Assembly: GCA_033763905.1 (NCBI GenBank)
Contig: JANRJP010000067.1
Location: forward strand, 1 to 50,200
Reading direction: 5' to 3'
Source: Gemmatimonadaceae bacterium
Lineage (GTDB): Bacteria; Gemmatimonadota; Gemmatimonadetes; Gemmatimonadales; Gemmatimonadaceae
DNA length: 50,200 nt
The notes under the pieces were generated by a model. The model saw nothing but the letters and a program-made list of their open reading frames with translations, did no database searches and was not told the DNA's origin. Position numbers and translations under genes: made by a program. The stretch's first letter is position 1, and each line of letters opens with the position of its first letter. Shown here one piece after another: positions 9,061 through 20,494 of this stretch.

Positions 9061-9709
9061 GCCGCGCCGCCACCTCACGCCGCCAATGCCCCGAGCGTTT
9101 CCGCCCGTCCCGTCCACGAAGGTCCAGATGACTCCCGGGCTCGAGCGGTACGCCGAGCTGGTCAAGGAACAGCTGGGCATCATCGGTGAAGACGTCGATC
9201 GCGACGGCATCGTCAAGACGCCGGAACGTGTGGCCAAGGCGATGCGCTGGCTCACGAAGGGCTACGAGCAGACCGCGATGGACGTCATCGGGGACGCGCT
9301 CTTCGAGGAGGAACACTCGTCGATGGTGATGGTGCGCGACATCGAACTCTATTCGATGTGTGAGCACCATATGCTGCCCTTCTTCGGCAAGGCGCACATC
9401 GCCTACATCCCCAATGGCAAGATTGTGGGGCTCTCGAAGTTGCCGCGCGTCGTGGAGGTCTTCTCGCGCCGCCTGCAGGTGCAGGAGCGGCTGACGGAAC
9501 AGGTCGCGGACGCGCTCGAAGAGGCGCTCGCCCCCCGGGGGGTCGGTGTCGTCATCGAAGCCGTGCACCTGTGCATGATGATGCGCGGCGTCGAGAAGCA
9601 GAATTCCCGCACGATCACGTCCGCGCTGCGCGGCGAGTTCCGGGACGACTTCAAGACGCGCGACGAGTTCCTCCGTCTCGCGCACGCGCCGGCGACCGCT
9701 GGCTTCTGA
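9038..9709 (+). CDS. folE: GTP cyclohydrolase I (start could be further downstream)
   Basis: [38 protein letters not shown] and HLCMMMRGV. Confidence 0.96.
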   Translation: MSSTKAAKPRRHLTPPMPRAFPPVPSTKVQMTPGLERYAELVKEQLGIIGEDVDRDGIVKTPERVAKAMRWLTKGYEQTAMDVIGDALFEEEHSSMVMVRDIELYSMCEHHMLPFFGKAHIAYIPNGKIVGLSKLPRVVEVFSRRLQVQERLTEQVADALEEALAPRGVGVVIEAVHLCMMMRGVEKQNSRTITSALRGEFRDDFKTRDEFLRLAHAPATAGF

Positions 9710-9710
9710 C

Positions 9711-10442
9711 GTGACCGCGTCGTCCGGGCACCCGCTCGCCGGTCGCAGCGCGCTGGTGACCGGGGCCTCACGCGGCATCGGCCGAGCGACGGCGATCGCC
9801 CTCGCGGAGGCGGGGGCCGACGTCCTGCTGGTGGCACGTCACGCCGCCGACTTGGCCGAGGCCGCGGCGCAGTGCGGCGGTCGGGGCACGCCCCTCACCG
9901 CCGATCTCCGCGATGCCGACGACACGCAGCGTCTCGTGTCCGCGGTGTTGTCGCGGATCGGACATCCCCCCGACGTGCTCGTGAACAACGCGGGGATCTT
10001 CACGCTGGCGCCAACGCACGAATTGGACGCCGCGGATCTCGCGGCGATGCTCGACACCAATCTGGTGGCGCCGTTTCGGCTGCTGCGTGCCTTTCTGCCG
10101 GGCTGGCGCGCGCGGGCCGACGGGCACGTGGTGACGATCGGGTCGGTCGCTGATCGCACGGCATTCCCCGACAACGGGGCATACGCGGCGACGAAGTTCG
10201 GCGCGCGGGCGCTGCACGAGGTGCTGCGGGCCGAAAGTCAGGGGAGCGGGGTGCGCTGTACGCTGGTCTCGCCGGGCCCGGTCGATACGCCAATCTGGGA
10301 TCCGATCCGCCCCGAGACCCGCGAGGGTTTTCCCACGCGCGAGGCGATGCTCACCGCGGCCGATGTCGCCGCCGCGGTCCTCTTCGCCGTCAGCCGCCCG
10401 CCGCACGTCAACATCGACGAGCTGCGGCTCGGCCGCGCCTGA
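9711..10442 (+). CDS. SDR family oxidoreductase, candidate sepiapterin reductase
   Basis: TGASRGIG, NNAG, catalytic YAATK and PGPVDT. Starts 1 nt after the folE stop. Confidence 0.85.
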   Translation: MTASSGHPLAGRSALVTGASRGIGRATAIALAEAGADVLLVARHAADLAEAAAQCGGRGTPLTADLRDADDTQRLVSAVLSRIGHPPDVLVNNAGIFTLAPTHELDAADLAAMLDTNLVAPFRLLRAFLPGWRARADGHVVTIGSVADRTAFPDNGAYAATKFGARALHEVLRAESQGSGVRCTLVSPGPVDTPIWDPIRPETREGFPTREAMLTAADVAAAVLFAVSRPPHVNIDELRLGRA

Positions 10443-10461
10443 GGCGGCGCCGGACCCGCCC

Positions 10462-11118
10462 GTGCACGTCGGCCTGCTCGAGTCGTTGCGATGCCCCGCG
10501 CCGCACGCGGCATCACCGCTGATCGCGGCCGTGCGGCAGCAGTCGGGGCGCGACGTGCTTGAAGCGACCCTCGGCTGCCCGGTGTGTCATCGCGAAGTCA
10601 CCGTGCACCGCGGCGTTGTGACGTTCGGCGACGTGGCGCCAGCGGCAGAAGCGGTGATCCCGACCGACGATGCCGCGCTGATGCGCTTGGGCGCACTCCT
10701 CGGCCTCACGACCCCGGGCGGCACCGTGGCGGTGTCGGCCGCGTGGAGCGACCTCGCGCGACCGCTCGCGGTGCTGACCGACGTTCGTGTGCTGGTCGTG
10801 GGGCCGCCGCCCGGCTTCCTCGGCGACGAAGACGTCGGCGTGCTGGAGGGCGTCCGCGACCTCCCGCTCTCACCCGGCAGCTGTCGCGGCGTGGCGCTCG
10901 GCAGTTCCAGCGCCGAAGCACCGTCGGTGGTCGCCTCGTGGGTCCGTGCGGTGCGGGTGGGCGGACGAGTGGTGGCGCCAGCCACCCTGCCGGTGCCCGA
11001 GGGTCTGCGCGAGTTGGCACGCGACGACGCGCAGTGGGTCGCAGAACGCCTCGCGGACACGTCGAGCGCGCCAGTGGCGCTCACTCGGGCGGGCGCCGCG
11101 TCGCGAGGCCAATCGTGA
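10462..11118 (+). CDS. Hypothetical protein with an N-terminal Trm112-like Zn-ribbon and a possible degenerate methyltransferase-like domain
   Basis: LLESLRCP...LGCPVCHRE...RGV at the N-terminus. LPLSPGSCRGV and RAVRVGGRVV resemble SAM-MTase motifs II/III. Confidence 0.6.
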   Translation: MHVGLLESLRCPAPHAASPLIAAVRQQSGRDVLEATLGCPVCHREVTVHRGVVTFGDVAPAAEAVIPTDDAALMRLGALLGLTTPGGTVAVSAAWSDLARPLAVLTDVRVLVVGPPPGFLGDEDVGVLEGVRDLPLSPGSCRGVALGSSSAEAPSVVASWVRAVRVGGRVVAPATLPVPEGLRELARDDAQWVAERLADTSSAPVALTRAGAASRGQS

Positions 11119-11663
11119 CCCGCCGCTGGGCCGCCATCACCGTGGCTGCGTGGCTCGCGGCCGCCCCCGTGCTCGCGCAGGAGACCACGACGGTCCCGGA
11201 GCGCTCCGACGTGGAGTTCGGCGCGCCGCTGATCCTTGGCAATGTGATTGGCACACTCACCCTGACCACGCTGGATCACCTGTTGCGGTCGCCTGAGGCG
11301 TGGCCGCAGAACGGGTCGGGATACGCCCAACGGCTCGGCGTGCGCAGCGTGCAGTTCCTGGCCTCGGCCACCGTGGAGTCGGGACTCGCGGCGGTGTGGA
11401 ACGACCGGTTGGGCTACACGCCGTGCCGATGCGACGGCGCGGCGAGGCGTTCATCGCACGTGTTGTGGCAATCCCTGACGGTGGGCCGTCGTGGCGGGCG
11501 TCGCCGCTTTGCGTGGCCGATCGTGATCGGTGCCCTCGCCGGCGGGGCAGCTTCGGCGCCGCTGCTCCCGCCCTCGGATCGGTGGGTCTGGACGCTCTCG
11601 CGACCAGCGACCACCCTGCTGACTCGTGCGCTGCTCAACGGCGTCCGCGAACTCGCACGCTGA
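11115..11663 (+). CDS. Hypothetical exported/membrane protein
   Basis: GTGA overlap start, signal-peptide-like N-terminus ending VLA-QE, and hydrophobic segments. Confidence 0.6.
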   Translation: MTRRWAAITVAAWLAAAPVLAQETTTVPERSDVEFGAPLILGNVIGTLTLTTLDHLLRSPEAWPQNGSGYAQRLGVRSVQFLASATVESGLAAVWNDRLGYTPCRCDGAARRSSHVLWQSLTVGRRGGRRRFAWPIVIGALAGGAASAPLLPPSDRWVWTLSRPATTLLTRALLNGVRELAR

Positions 11664-11675
11664 CGCCGGTCGCCC

Positions 11676-13559
11676 TCAGTCGTGGCCGCCGACGTAGGCG
11701 GCGTCGATCACTGCCTTGTACTTCTGGTCGATCACGCGGCGCTTGATGCTGAGCTTCGGCGTGAGCTCACCGCCTTCGATCGTGAACTCCTGCTCGAGCA
11801 GCACGACCTTCTTCGGCGTTTCGAACGACGCCAAGCCGTGGCCCTTGAGGTGCTCCTCGAGCAATTCGCGCTGCATCTTCGCCTGCACCGTCGGCATCGC
11901 GAGCAACTGGGCCCGTGAGGCCCAGACGATGTTCTTCCGCGCGGCCCACTTCTCGAGCTGATCGAAGTTCGGCACCACCAGCACGATCGGGAACTTACGC
12001 TTGTCGCCGATCATCACGAGCTGCGAGACGTACTTGTTCGTCTTGAGCAGGTTCTCGATCGGCTGCGGCGCGATGTTCTTGCCACCGGCGGTGACGATGA
12101 TGTCCTTCTTGCGGTCGGTGATGCGGAGGAACCCGTCCTCGATCACCCCCACGTCGCCGGTGTGGAACCAGCCATCGGCGCTGATCGCCTCGGCGGTCGC
12201 CTCCGGCTTGTTGTAGTAGCCCTTCATCACGTGCGGCCCGCGGGTGAGAATCTCGCCGTCGGGCGCGATGACGATCTCGACGCCGGCGATGGCTTTGCCC
12301 ACCGACCCGATCCGGAACTGGTCGAAGGTCGTCACCGTCATCACCGGCGACGTCTCGGTCAGCCCGTAGCCTTCGAGAATCGTGAGCCCCGAGGCGAAGA
12401 AGAACTTGTTGATCTCGGGCGCGAGCGGCGCGCCGCCCGAGCAGAAGAAGCGCAGCCGGCCCCCCACGCGCTCCTTGAGCTTCGAGAAGACGAGCTTCTG
12501 CGCGATGCCGTACTGGAAGGCCAAGAGGCCCGACGGCGTGCGGCCCGCGAGCTTTTCGGTCGCCCAGCGATCGGCCACGCTGCGGGCCCAGAAGAAGATG
12601 TTCTTCTTGATCGCCGAGCCCGCCAGCGCGTTCTCGAGAATCCGCGCGTAGATCTTCTCGTAGAGCCGCGGCACCGACATCATCATCGTCGGACGCACTT
12701 CGGCCATATTGAACGGCACGGTGTCGATCGATTCGGCATACGCAATCGACGCGCCGCAGTAGAACAGGAAGTAGTCGCCCTGGCGTTCGAAGATGTGCGA
12801 CAGCGGCAGGAAGCTGAGGGCGAGATCCTCTTCCGACACCCGCAGCGCGCCGAGGCAGGCCTGGCAGTTCGACCACAGGTTGTCGTGCGTGAGCATCACG
12901 CCCTTCGGCTCGCCGGTGGTGCCCGACGTGTAGATGAGCGTCGCCAGGTCATCTGGCGACACGGCCAACGCATCGGCCTTCCACTTCGCCGCAGCCTCCG
13001 CCGAATCTTCGCGCGCGCCGAGTTGTTCGAGTTCCTCGAACGTCATATTCGCCCCGGGCGGACAGGGCGACACGAAGCTGATGATGTGCTTGATCGCCGG
13101 CATCTCGGCACGCACGCGGCCCAACTTCTCGGCCTGCGCCGCGGTCGACACGAACATCGCGACCGCGCCCGAGTCGTTCATGATGTACGGGATCTGCTCG
13201 GCCGGCAGCGTCGGGTACACCGGCACATCGGTCATTCCCGCCGTCAGCACCGCATAGTCGCTGATCAGCCACTCCGGGCGGTTCTCCGAGAGGATGCCCA
13301 CGCGCGCGCCGCGCGGAATGCCCAGCGCGCCGAGCCCGAGCGAAATGCGTCGCACCCGCTCGACGATGGTATCGGTGCTGATCGACTTCCAGGCGCCATC
13401 CTGCTTGTGCCGCAGGGCATCCGGACGGCGATGCTTCGAGGTGGCCTCGAAGAAGATCTGGGTGACGGTGCCACGGGGCGGGCGGGGGCCGCCGGTGACG
13501 TAGGGACGCGCATCATTCCGCGCGGGTGCTCCGGCAGACTGCTCGAGGTGGGTCGCCAT
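11676..13559 (-). CDS. Long-chain fatty acid--CoA ligase (AMP-dependent synthetase)
   Basis: IYTSGTTGEPKG, EGYGLTETSP, GWFHTGDVG, ITDRKKD and LTPKLSIKR. GGAGG RBS. Confidence 0.93.
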   Translation of the reverse strand: MATHLEQSAGAPARNDARPYVTGGPRPPRGTVTQIFFEATSKHRRPDALRHKQDGAWKSISTDTIVERVRRISLGLGALGIPRGARVGILSENRPEWLISDYAVLTAGMTDVPVYPTLPAEQIPYIMNDSGAVAMFVSTAAQAEKLGRVRAEMPAIKHIISFVSPCPPGANMTFEELEQLGAREDSAEAAAKWKADALAVSPDDLATLIYTSGTTGEPKGVMLTHDNLWSNCQACLGALRVSEEDLALSFLPLSHIFERQGDYFLFYCGASIAYAESIDTVPFNMAEVRPTMMMSVPRLYEKIYARILENALAGSAIKKNIFFWARSVADRWATEKLAGRTPSGLLAFQYGIAQKLVFSKLKERVGGRLRFFCSGGAPLAPEINKFFFASGLTILEGYGLTETSPVMTVTTFDQFRIGSVGKAIAGVEIVIAPDGEILTRGPHVMKGYYNKPEATAEAISADGWFHTGDVGVIEDGFLRITDRKKDIIVTAGGKNIAPQPIENLLKTNKYVSQLVMIGDKRKFPIVLVVPNFDQLEKWAARKNIVWASRAQLLAMPTVQAKMQRELLEEHLKGHGLASFETPKKVVLLEQEFTIEGGELTPKLSIKRRVIDQKYKAVIDAAYVGGHD

Positions 13560-13723
13560 CGGGTGCCTCCAGCCAGTTCGTTTTTGAGAGCCGCCGGTGG
13601 CGGCAGTCGGGTCACGGACCCGTCACGGAAGTTGGCCGAAGCTACCGACGCGCACAGGCCAGCCGCAACGGGACCCACGGTCATCCTCGGTCCCCACGCG
13701 GGGGCCCAGGACGTTGGTGGTGC

Positions 13724-14533
13724 TCAGGGTGTGACGGTCGCGCGTCGCAGTCGGACCACCAGCCGTACCGGCGATCCCGGGAGCGGGGCCCCCCGATGCG
13801 TCGCGGTCGCCTGCAGGACGACCGAATCACCCACCGTCTGTCCGGCCTGCGGCACCACGCGGACGCGCACCCCCGCGAGCCCGCTGCCGTCGGTGGTGTC
13901 GACCGTCGTCGGCGTCGTCCCGCTCTCGCCGATCACCAGCACCGAATCCATGACCGTGCGCGGCGGCGCGTAGAGCAGCGTGAACCGCACCGGCCATCCG
14001 CGGGTGACGCTGTCACCGGTCACATTGGGAATGGTCTGCCGCGAGCGGATCCGCACTTGCACGGCGGCCGAGGTGTTCGACGCCAGTGACACCGGGAAGT
14101 CGTACTCGACGGTGACCGGCGTGCTCGCCGCAGCGAAGACCGAATCCGGGCGGCGTGTGATGTTGAGCGGCAGCGGCCGACTCTGGAGCCGGCCGAGGAC
14201 CGCGACGACCCGCGGTGCCGTCTCCTGCCAGCGTGGTGCGGTGACCACGCCTGATGACGCGACGGTCAGTCCGGAGTCGAGCGCGATGTACGCCGGTGCC
14301 GCCGTCGCCAACGTGTCGCCCGCGCCATTGAGCACCGTGGCGGACAGCGGCGCGACGGCACCGGTCGAGTCGCGTAGCGTGTCCCCGTACACCACGGCTG
14401 GCCACGGCAGTCGCGTGAATTCCAGCGCGAACGGCACATCGGGATCGCCGATGCTGCTGCACGCCACCACGAGACCGGCGCAGAGTGCCCCGCCGGCCGC
14501 CAGCTGCGTCACGCGCCGGCGGCGTGCGCTCAC
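13724..14533 (-). CDS. Putative lipoprotein with beta-rich (Ig-like) domains
   Basis: Basic N-terminus, hydrophobic stretch and lipobox-like VVAC. The GTG overlaps the parA stop. Thr/Val-rich. Confidence 0.65.
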   Translation of the reverse strand: MSARRRRVTQLAAGGALCAGLVVACSSIGDPDVPFALEFTRLPWPAVVYGDTLRDSTGAVAPLSATVLNGAGDTLATAAPAYIALDSGLTVASSGVVTAPRWQETAPRVVAVLGRLQSRPLPLNITRRPDSVFAAASTPVTVEYDFPVSLASNTSAAVQVRIRSRQTIPNVTGDSVTRGWPVRFTLLYAPPRTVMDSVLVIGESGTTPTTVDTTDGSGLAGVRVRVVPQAGQTVGDSVVLQATATHRGAPLPGSPVRLVVRLRRATVTP

Positions 14534-15303
14534 GCGGGCCCCATACGCTCGGCCAGCAACGTGGCGAGGTTCACGTAGGCCTGGGACGCGGGGTCCCCGG
14601 GATCGCGCACGACCACCGGCTGGCCAGCGGCGAACGCGTCGGCCGTCGCCGAGCGGCGCGGTACCGTGATGTCGAGCAGCAACGCGCGCGGCAGGTGATC
14701 CTTCACATACGCTTGCACGCGGCGGCTCGCCTCGCTCTGGTCGTCCACCATCGTGAGCAGGATGCCATCGAGCGTCAGCTGCGCGTTGACCTTGGCGATC
14801 TCGCCGATGCCACGCAGGATCTGCGGCGTCGTCTGCAGGGCCAGCGGTTCGCATTGCAAAGGAATCAGCGCCCGCTGACTGCCCTCGAGCACGCGACGCG
14901 TGATGGCGCCCAAGCCGGGCGGCGTATCGACGATCACGACGTCGCACCGTTCGCGGGCCATCTGGAGCAGCTCGCTCAGCACGCGCGTCTCGGTGATGCG
15001 CGCGTGATAGTGCTCGTGTTCCGCGTCGTCACTGACCGACCCCGCGAGGATCACGCGCAGCCACGGCAGGGCCGTCGGCAGGATGATCTCACGCAGCGCC
15101 TTGGTGCCGTTGAGATAATCCGAAAATCCCGCCGTGGCGTGGCCCGCCCGCAACCCGGCGCCAAAGCGCACCGAGCCTTGCGGATCGGTATCGATCAGCA
15201 GCGTGCGCAATCCGCGACGAGCGAGCGCCGCGGCGAGGTTGACGGCGGTCGTCGTCTTGCCGACGCCGCCCTTCTGGCTGACAATGGCGATGACGTGGCC
15301 CAC
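14530..15303 (-). CDS. ParA/Soj family ATPase
   Basis: Deviant Walker A QKGGVGKTTTAVNL, LLIDTDPQG, IVDTPP and IPLQCEPLAL. Confidence 0.92.
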   Translation of the reverse strand: MGHVIAIVSQKGGVGKTTTAVNLAAALARRGLRTLLIDTDPQGSVRFGAGLRAGHATAGFSDYLNGTKALREIILPTALPWLRVILAGSVSDDAEHEHYHARITETRVLSELLQMARERCDVVIVDTPPGLGAITRRVLEGSQRALIPLQCEPLALQTTPQILRGIGEIAKVNAQLTLDGILLTMVDDQSEASRRVQAYVKDHLPRALLLDITVPRRSATADAFAAGQPVVVRDPGDPASQAYVNLATLLAERMGPA

Positions 15304-15307
15304 GGGT

Positions 15308-15736
15308 TCAGGCCTCCGGCGGTGTTTCGAGTGCGCGCAACGTGGCTTCGGCGTGCGCCACGTGACCCGCGGCGTCGCCACCGCTCGGCGGATCCTGCAG
15401 GAAGGCGCGCAGATGCTGCGCCGCCGCCGAGGTCTCCTGTCGCTTGAGCAGCAGGAAGGCCAAGCCGTAATGCGCGCCCGCCAACCGGGGGTCGAGCGAC
15501 AGCGCTTGCCGATAGCAGCGCATCGCCTCTTCCGGTCGATGCGTGCGCGTGAACGCGATCGCCATCGCTTGCAGGATGTCGGTGTTTTCCGGGGTCTCCC
15601 GCAGCGCCAGCCGGTACGAGGTCAACGCGGCATCGAAGTCGCCTTGCCGTTCCAGCGCACGCGCCTCGGCGACATAGTCCAGCCGACCGGACTTCGGAGC
15701 GGATCCACCGCCGAAGAGGCGGTTCAACCAGGACAT
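15308..15736 (-). CDS. Tetratricopeptide repeat protein
   Basis: Repeated TPR-like helices: AALTSYRLAL, EAMRCYRQALSLDP, AHYGLAFLL. Confidence 0.85.
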   Translation of the reverse strand: MSWLNRLFGGGSAPKSGRLDYVAEARALERQGDFDAALTSYRLALRETPENTDILQAMAIAFTRTHRPEEAMRCYRQALSLDPRLAGAHYGLAFLLLKRQETSAAAQHLRAFLQDPPSGGDAAGHVAHAEATLRALETPPEA

Positions 15737-15880
15737 CGCGCGCGACGAGGGCTCGGGGGAAGAGGGGCGAATCGTCAAGGTATCGGTGTGGCCGCACTCC
15801 CACAACGGAACCGCGCCGATGTTGTCCGAGCGGCGGTGCGCGAAGTAGCTTCGCCGCATCCTTTCGCCACCGGAGTCCCA

Positions 15881-16405
15881 ATGCCGCGCCGTACCGCCGC
15901 CGATCGATCCAAAGGTGTCCTCGAAGTGGAGTGGCCCCTGTTCGGCGAGTTGTCGCGCGCGCTGGCGCTCAAAGTGGCGCGCTCCTACGACCCGCAAATC
16001 GTCGTGGGCATCGCGACGGCGGGCGTGATTCCGGGCGCCACGGTCGCGGCCATTCTCGATCGCGAGTTCCACTCACTCACGGTCAGCCGACGCTACCACG
16101 CCGAGCAGGTACGCGCCTCGCCCGCCGTGTTTGGTGCGGTCCCGCCCGAGGTGCGGGGGCGGCGTGTGCTCATCGTCGACGAAACCTGCGACTCGGGCGA
16201 CACGATGCGGCTGGCGGTCTCGGCCGTCGTCAACGGCGGCGCGTCGCAGGTGCGCACCGCGGTGGCCTTCCGCACCGGCAGTTACGAGCCCGACTTCCAC
16301 GCCTTGGCCACCGAGAGCACGATCGTGCTCCCGTGGGACCGCGAGATCCTGATTGACGGGGCGCTGGTCACCAACCCGCTCTACGCCGACGTGCTCGATC
16401 GCTGA
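15881..16405 (+). CDS. Type I phosphoribosyltransferase family protein
   Basis: VVGIATAGVIPG, PRPP-binding RVLIVDETCDSGDTM, and IVLPW. GGAG RBS. Confidence 0.88.
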   Translation: MPRRTAADRSKGVLEVEWPLFGELSRALALKVARSYDPQIVVGIATAGVIPGATVAAILDREFHSLTVSRRYHAEQVRASPAVFGAVPPEVRGRRVLIVDETCDSGDTMRLAVSAVVNGGASQVRTAVAFRTGSYEPDFHALATESTIVLPWDREILIDGALVTNPLYADVLDR

Positions 16406-16423
16406 GCCGGCGACGACGGACGC

Positions 16424-16987
16424 TCAGGGCGCGGCGAGCGTCTCGGCGACCGACTCGAGCGATTCCCCGCGGGACAGGGCGTCGTAGACCAACTGGATGG
16501 ACTCCGGGCTTCCGACGAGCCACCGGCAGAACGGCGCGCCGGTGGAGCGGCACTGGACCTCGAGCGACGTCAGCGTCACACCGCCGATCGCACTGAAGAA
16601 GCCAGCCAGCAAACCGCCGGTGACGTAGCAGCCGGGGTAGGGCAGCTGTGCGGACGGATCCGCCTCGACGCCGTCGGTCGTATCGACGGCCAACAGCCCG
16701 TCGCCGAAGGCGGCGATGCGATACTGCCCCCAGCCCGCTGCGGCGAAGAAGGCGGCCGCGTGCTGCTGAAACGTGGCCGCATCCAGCGCGTCGACGGCGC
16801 GCGTCTCACCCTGCGACGCGAGCCAACCGGCGAAGGCGCCGACGGCGTCGCCCGCGCCTGCCCAGCCCATCTCCGTGAGCCATCCGACGTAGCTCCAGCC
16901 CGCGTCGCGGAGCAGGGCGCCACGCAGCGCGTGCAGCGAAGCCATCGGGAGGCCGAACAGCGGCGACGGAAGCAGGGGGGAGGTCAT
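16424..16987 (-). CDS. Stand-alone V4R (4-vinyl reductase) domain protein
   Basis: AAGWG, PGCYVTGGLLAGFF and EVQCRSTGAPFCRW match the V4R pattern. Confidence 0.8.
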   Translation of the reverse strand: MTSPLLPSPLFGLPMASLHALRGALLRDAGWSYVGWLTEMGWAGAGDAVGAFAGWLASQGETRAVDALDAATFQQHAAAFFAAAGWGQYRIAAFGDGLLAVDTTDGVEADPSAQLPYPGCYVTGGLLAGFFSAIGGVTLTSLEVQCRSTGAPFCRWLVGSPESIQLVYDALSRGESLESVAETLAAP

Positions 16988-16997
16988 TGACACTATG

Positions 16998-19580
<2,583 letters not shown>

Positions 19581-20369
19581 CTACGTGCGGTCGCCACCGC
19601 GCGGCGAGCGGACAACGCGCAAGGCGACGTCGACGAGGCGGTCGAGCTCCTCGCTCGTCGACCGCGGCAGCGTCTCGCTGTCCAGCCCGCGGTCGGTCTC
19701 CGCCCGGGTCACCAGCCGCTGCACGAAGGCCAGGAGGACCTGTCGGTGACGCTCGGACTCACGGTCATCCGCCCGCGGGGCCGGTGACCGCTCCAGCCGG
19801 TGCGCGTGGTGCAGCGCCGTGGCCGTCGCGCCCGCTACCCGCTGGCAGAACGCCACGTCTCCCTCGTCCAGCGGCGGCTTCCCGCGCGCCGTACGAAGGA
19901 ACAGCAACCCGATGACCCGCTGCTCCCACTTGATCGGCACGACGAGAATGCTCTGCACCTTGCGCTCGGCCAGCTTGCCCCAGACCGGGCGCAGCAGGGG
20001 TTCCGCCGTCGCGTCGGGAATGAACACGGTGTCGCCGCTCTCGAGCGCGCGCTGGAGTTCCGGGTACCGTTGCGGGTCCACCGAGAGGTTTCGCAACGCC
20101 GGATCCTCGTACGACGACACCAGGCGCAGGGCCTGCGCATCACCGGTCAGGAACACGGAGCAGCGGTCGAGGGCGAAGGCCGTGCCCACCCGGCCCGCCA
20201 CCGCTTGCAGGATGTCGGTGAAATGCAACGAGGTGGCGAGGTCGTCCTGCAGCGCGGCCAGGACGAGGAGCCGGTCGCGGTCGCGCTCGACTTCGGTCAG
20301 GCGCTCCCGCAGCACGCGAATCGCATCGCTCAGGCTGCCGCCATCGCTCGGCCGCTGGTGGTCAGTCAT
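19581..20369 (-). CDS. GAF domain protein with no evident output domain
   Basis: N-terminal coiled coil, then DRCSVFL, VFIPDATAEP and SILVVPIKWEQRVIGLL. Confidence 0.8.
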   Translation of the reverse strand: MTDHQRPSDGGSLSDAIRVLRERLTEVERDRDRLLVLAALQDDLATSLHFTDILQAVAGRVGTAFALDRCSVFLTGDAQALRLVSSYEDPALRNLSVDPQRYPELQRALESGDTVFIPDATAEPLLRPVWGKLAERKVQSILVVPIKWEQRVIGLLFLRTARGKPPLDEGDVAFCQRVAGATATALHHAHRLERSPAPRADDRESERHRQVLLAFVQRLVTRAETDRGLDSETLPRSTSEELDRLVDVALRVVRSPRGGDRT

Positions 20370-20494
20370 CTCGAAAAGTCCGGAAAGGGAACGGCGCGGC
20401 GTCGTGCCAGCCCGAAGAATCATCGGCCGCATCTCGCCAACCCACAATTGGCGCGGTATCTCTGTGGCACAATGCCCAACCGATCGGAGGGCCG

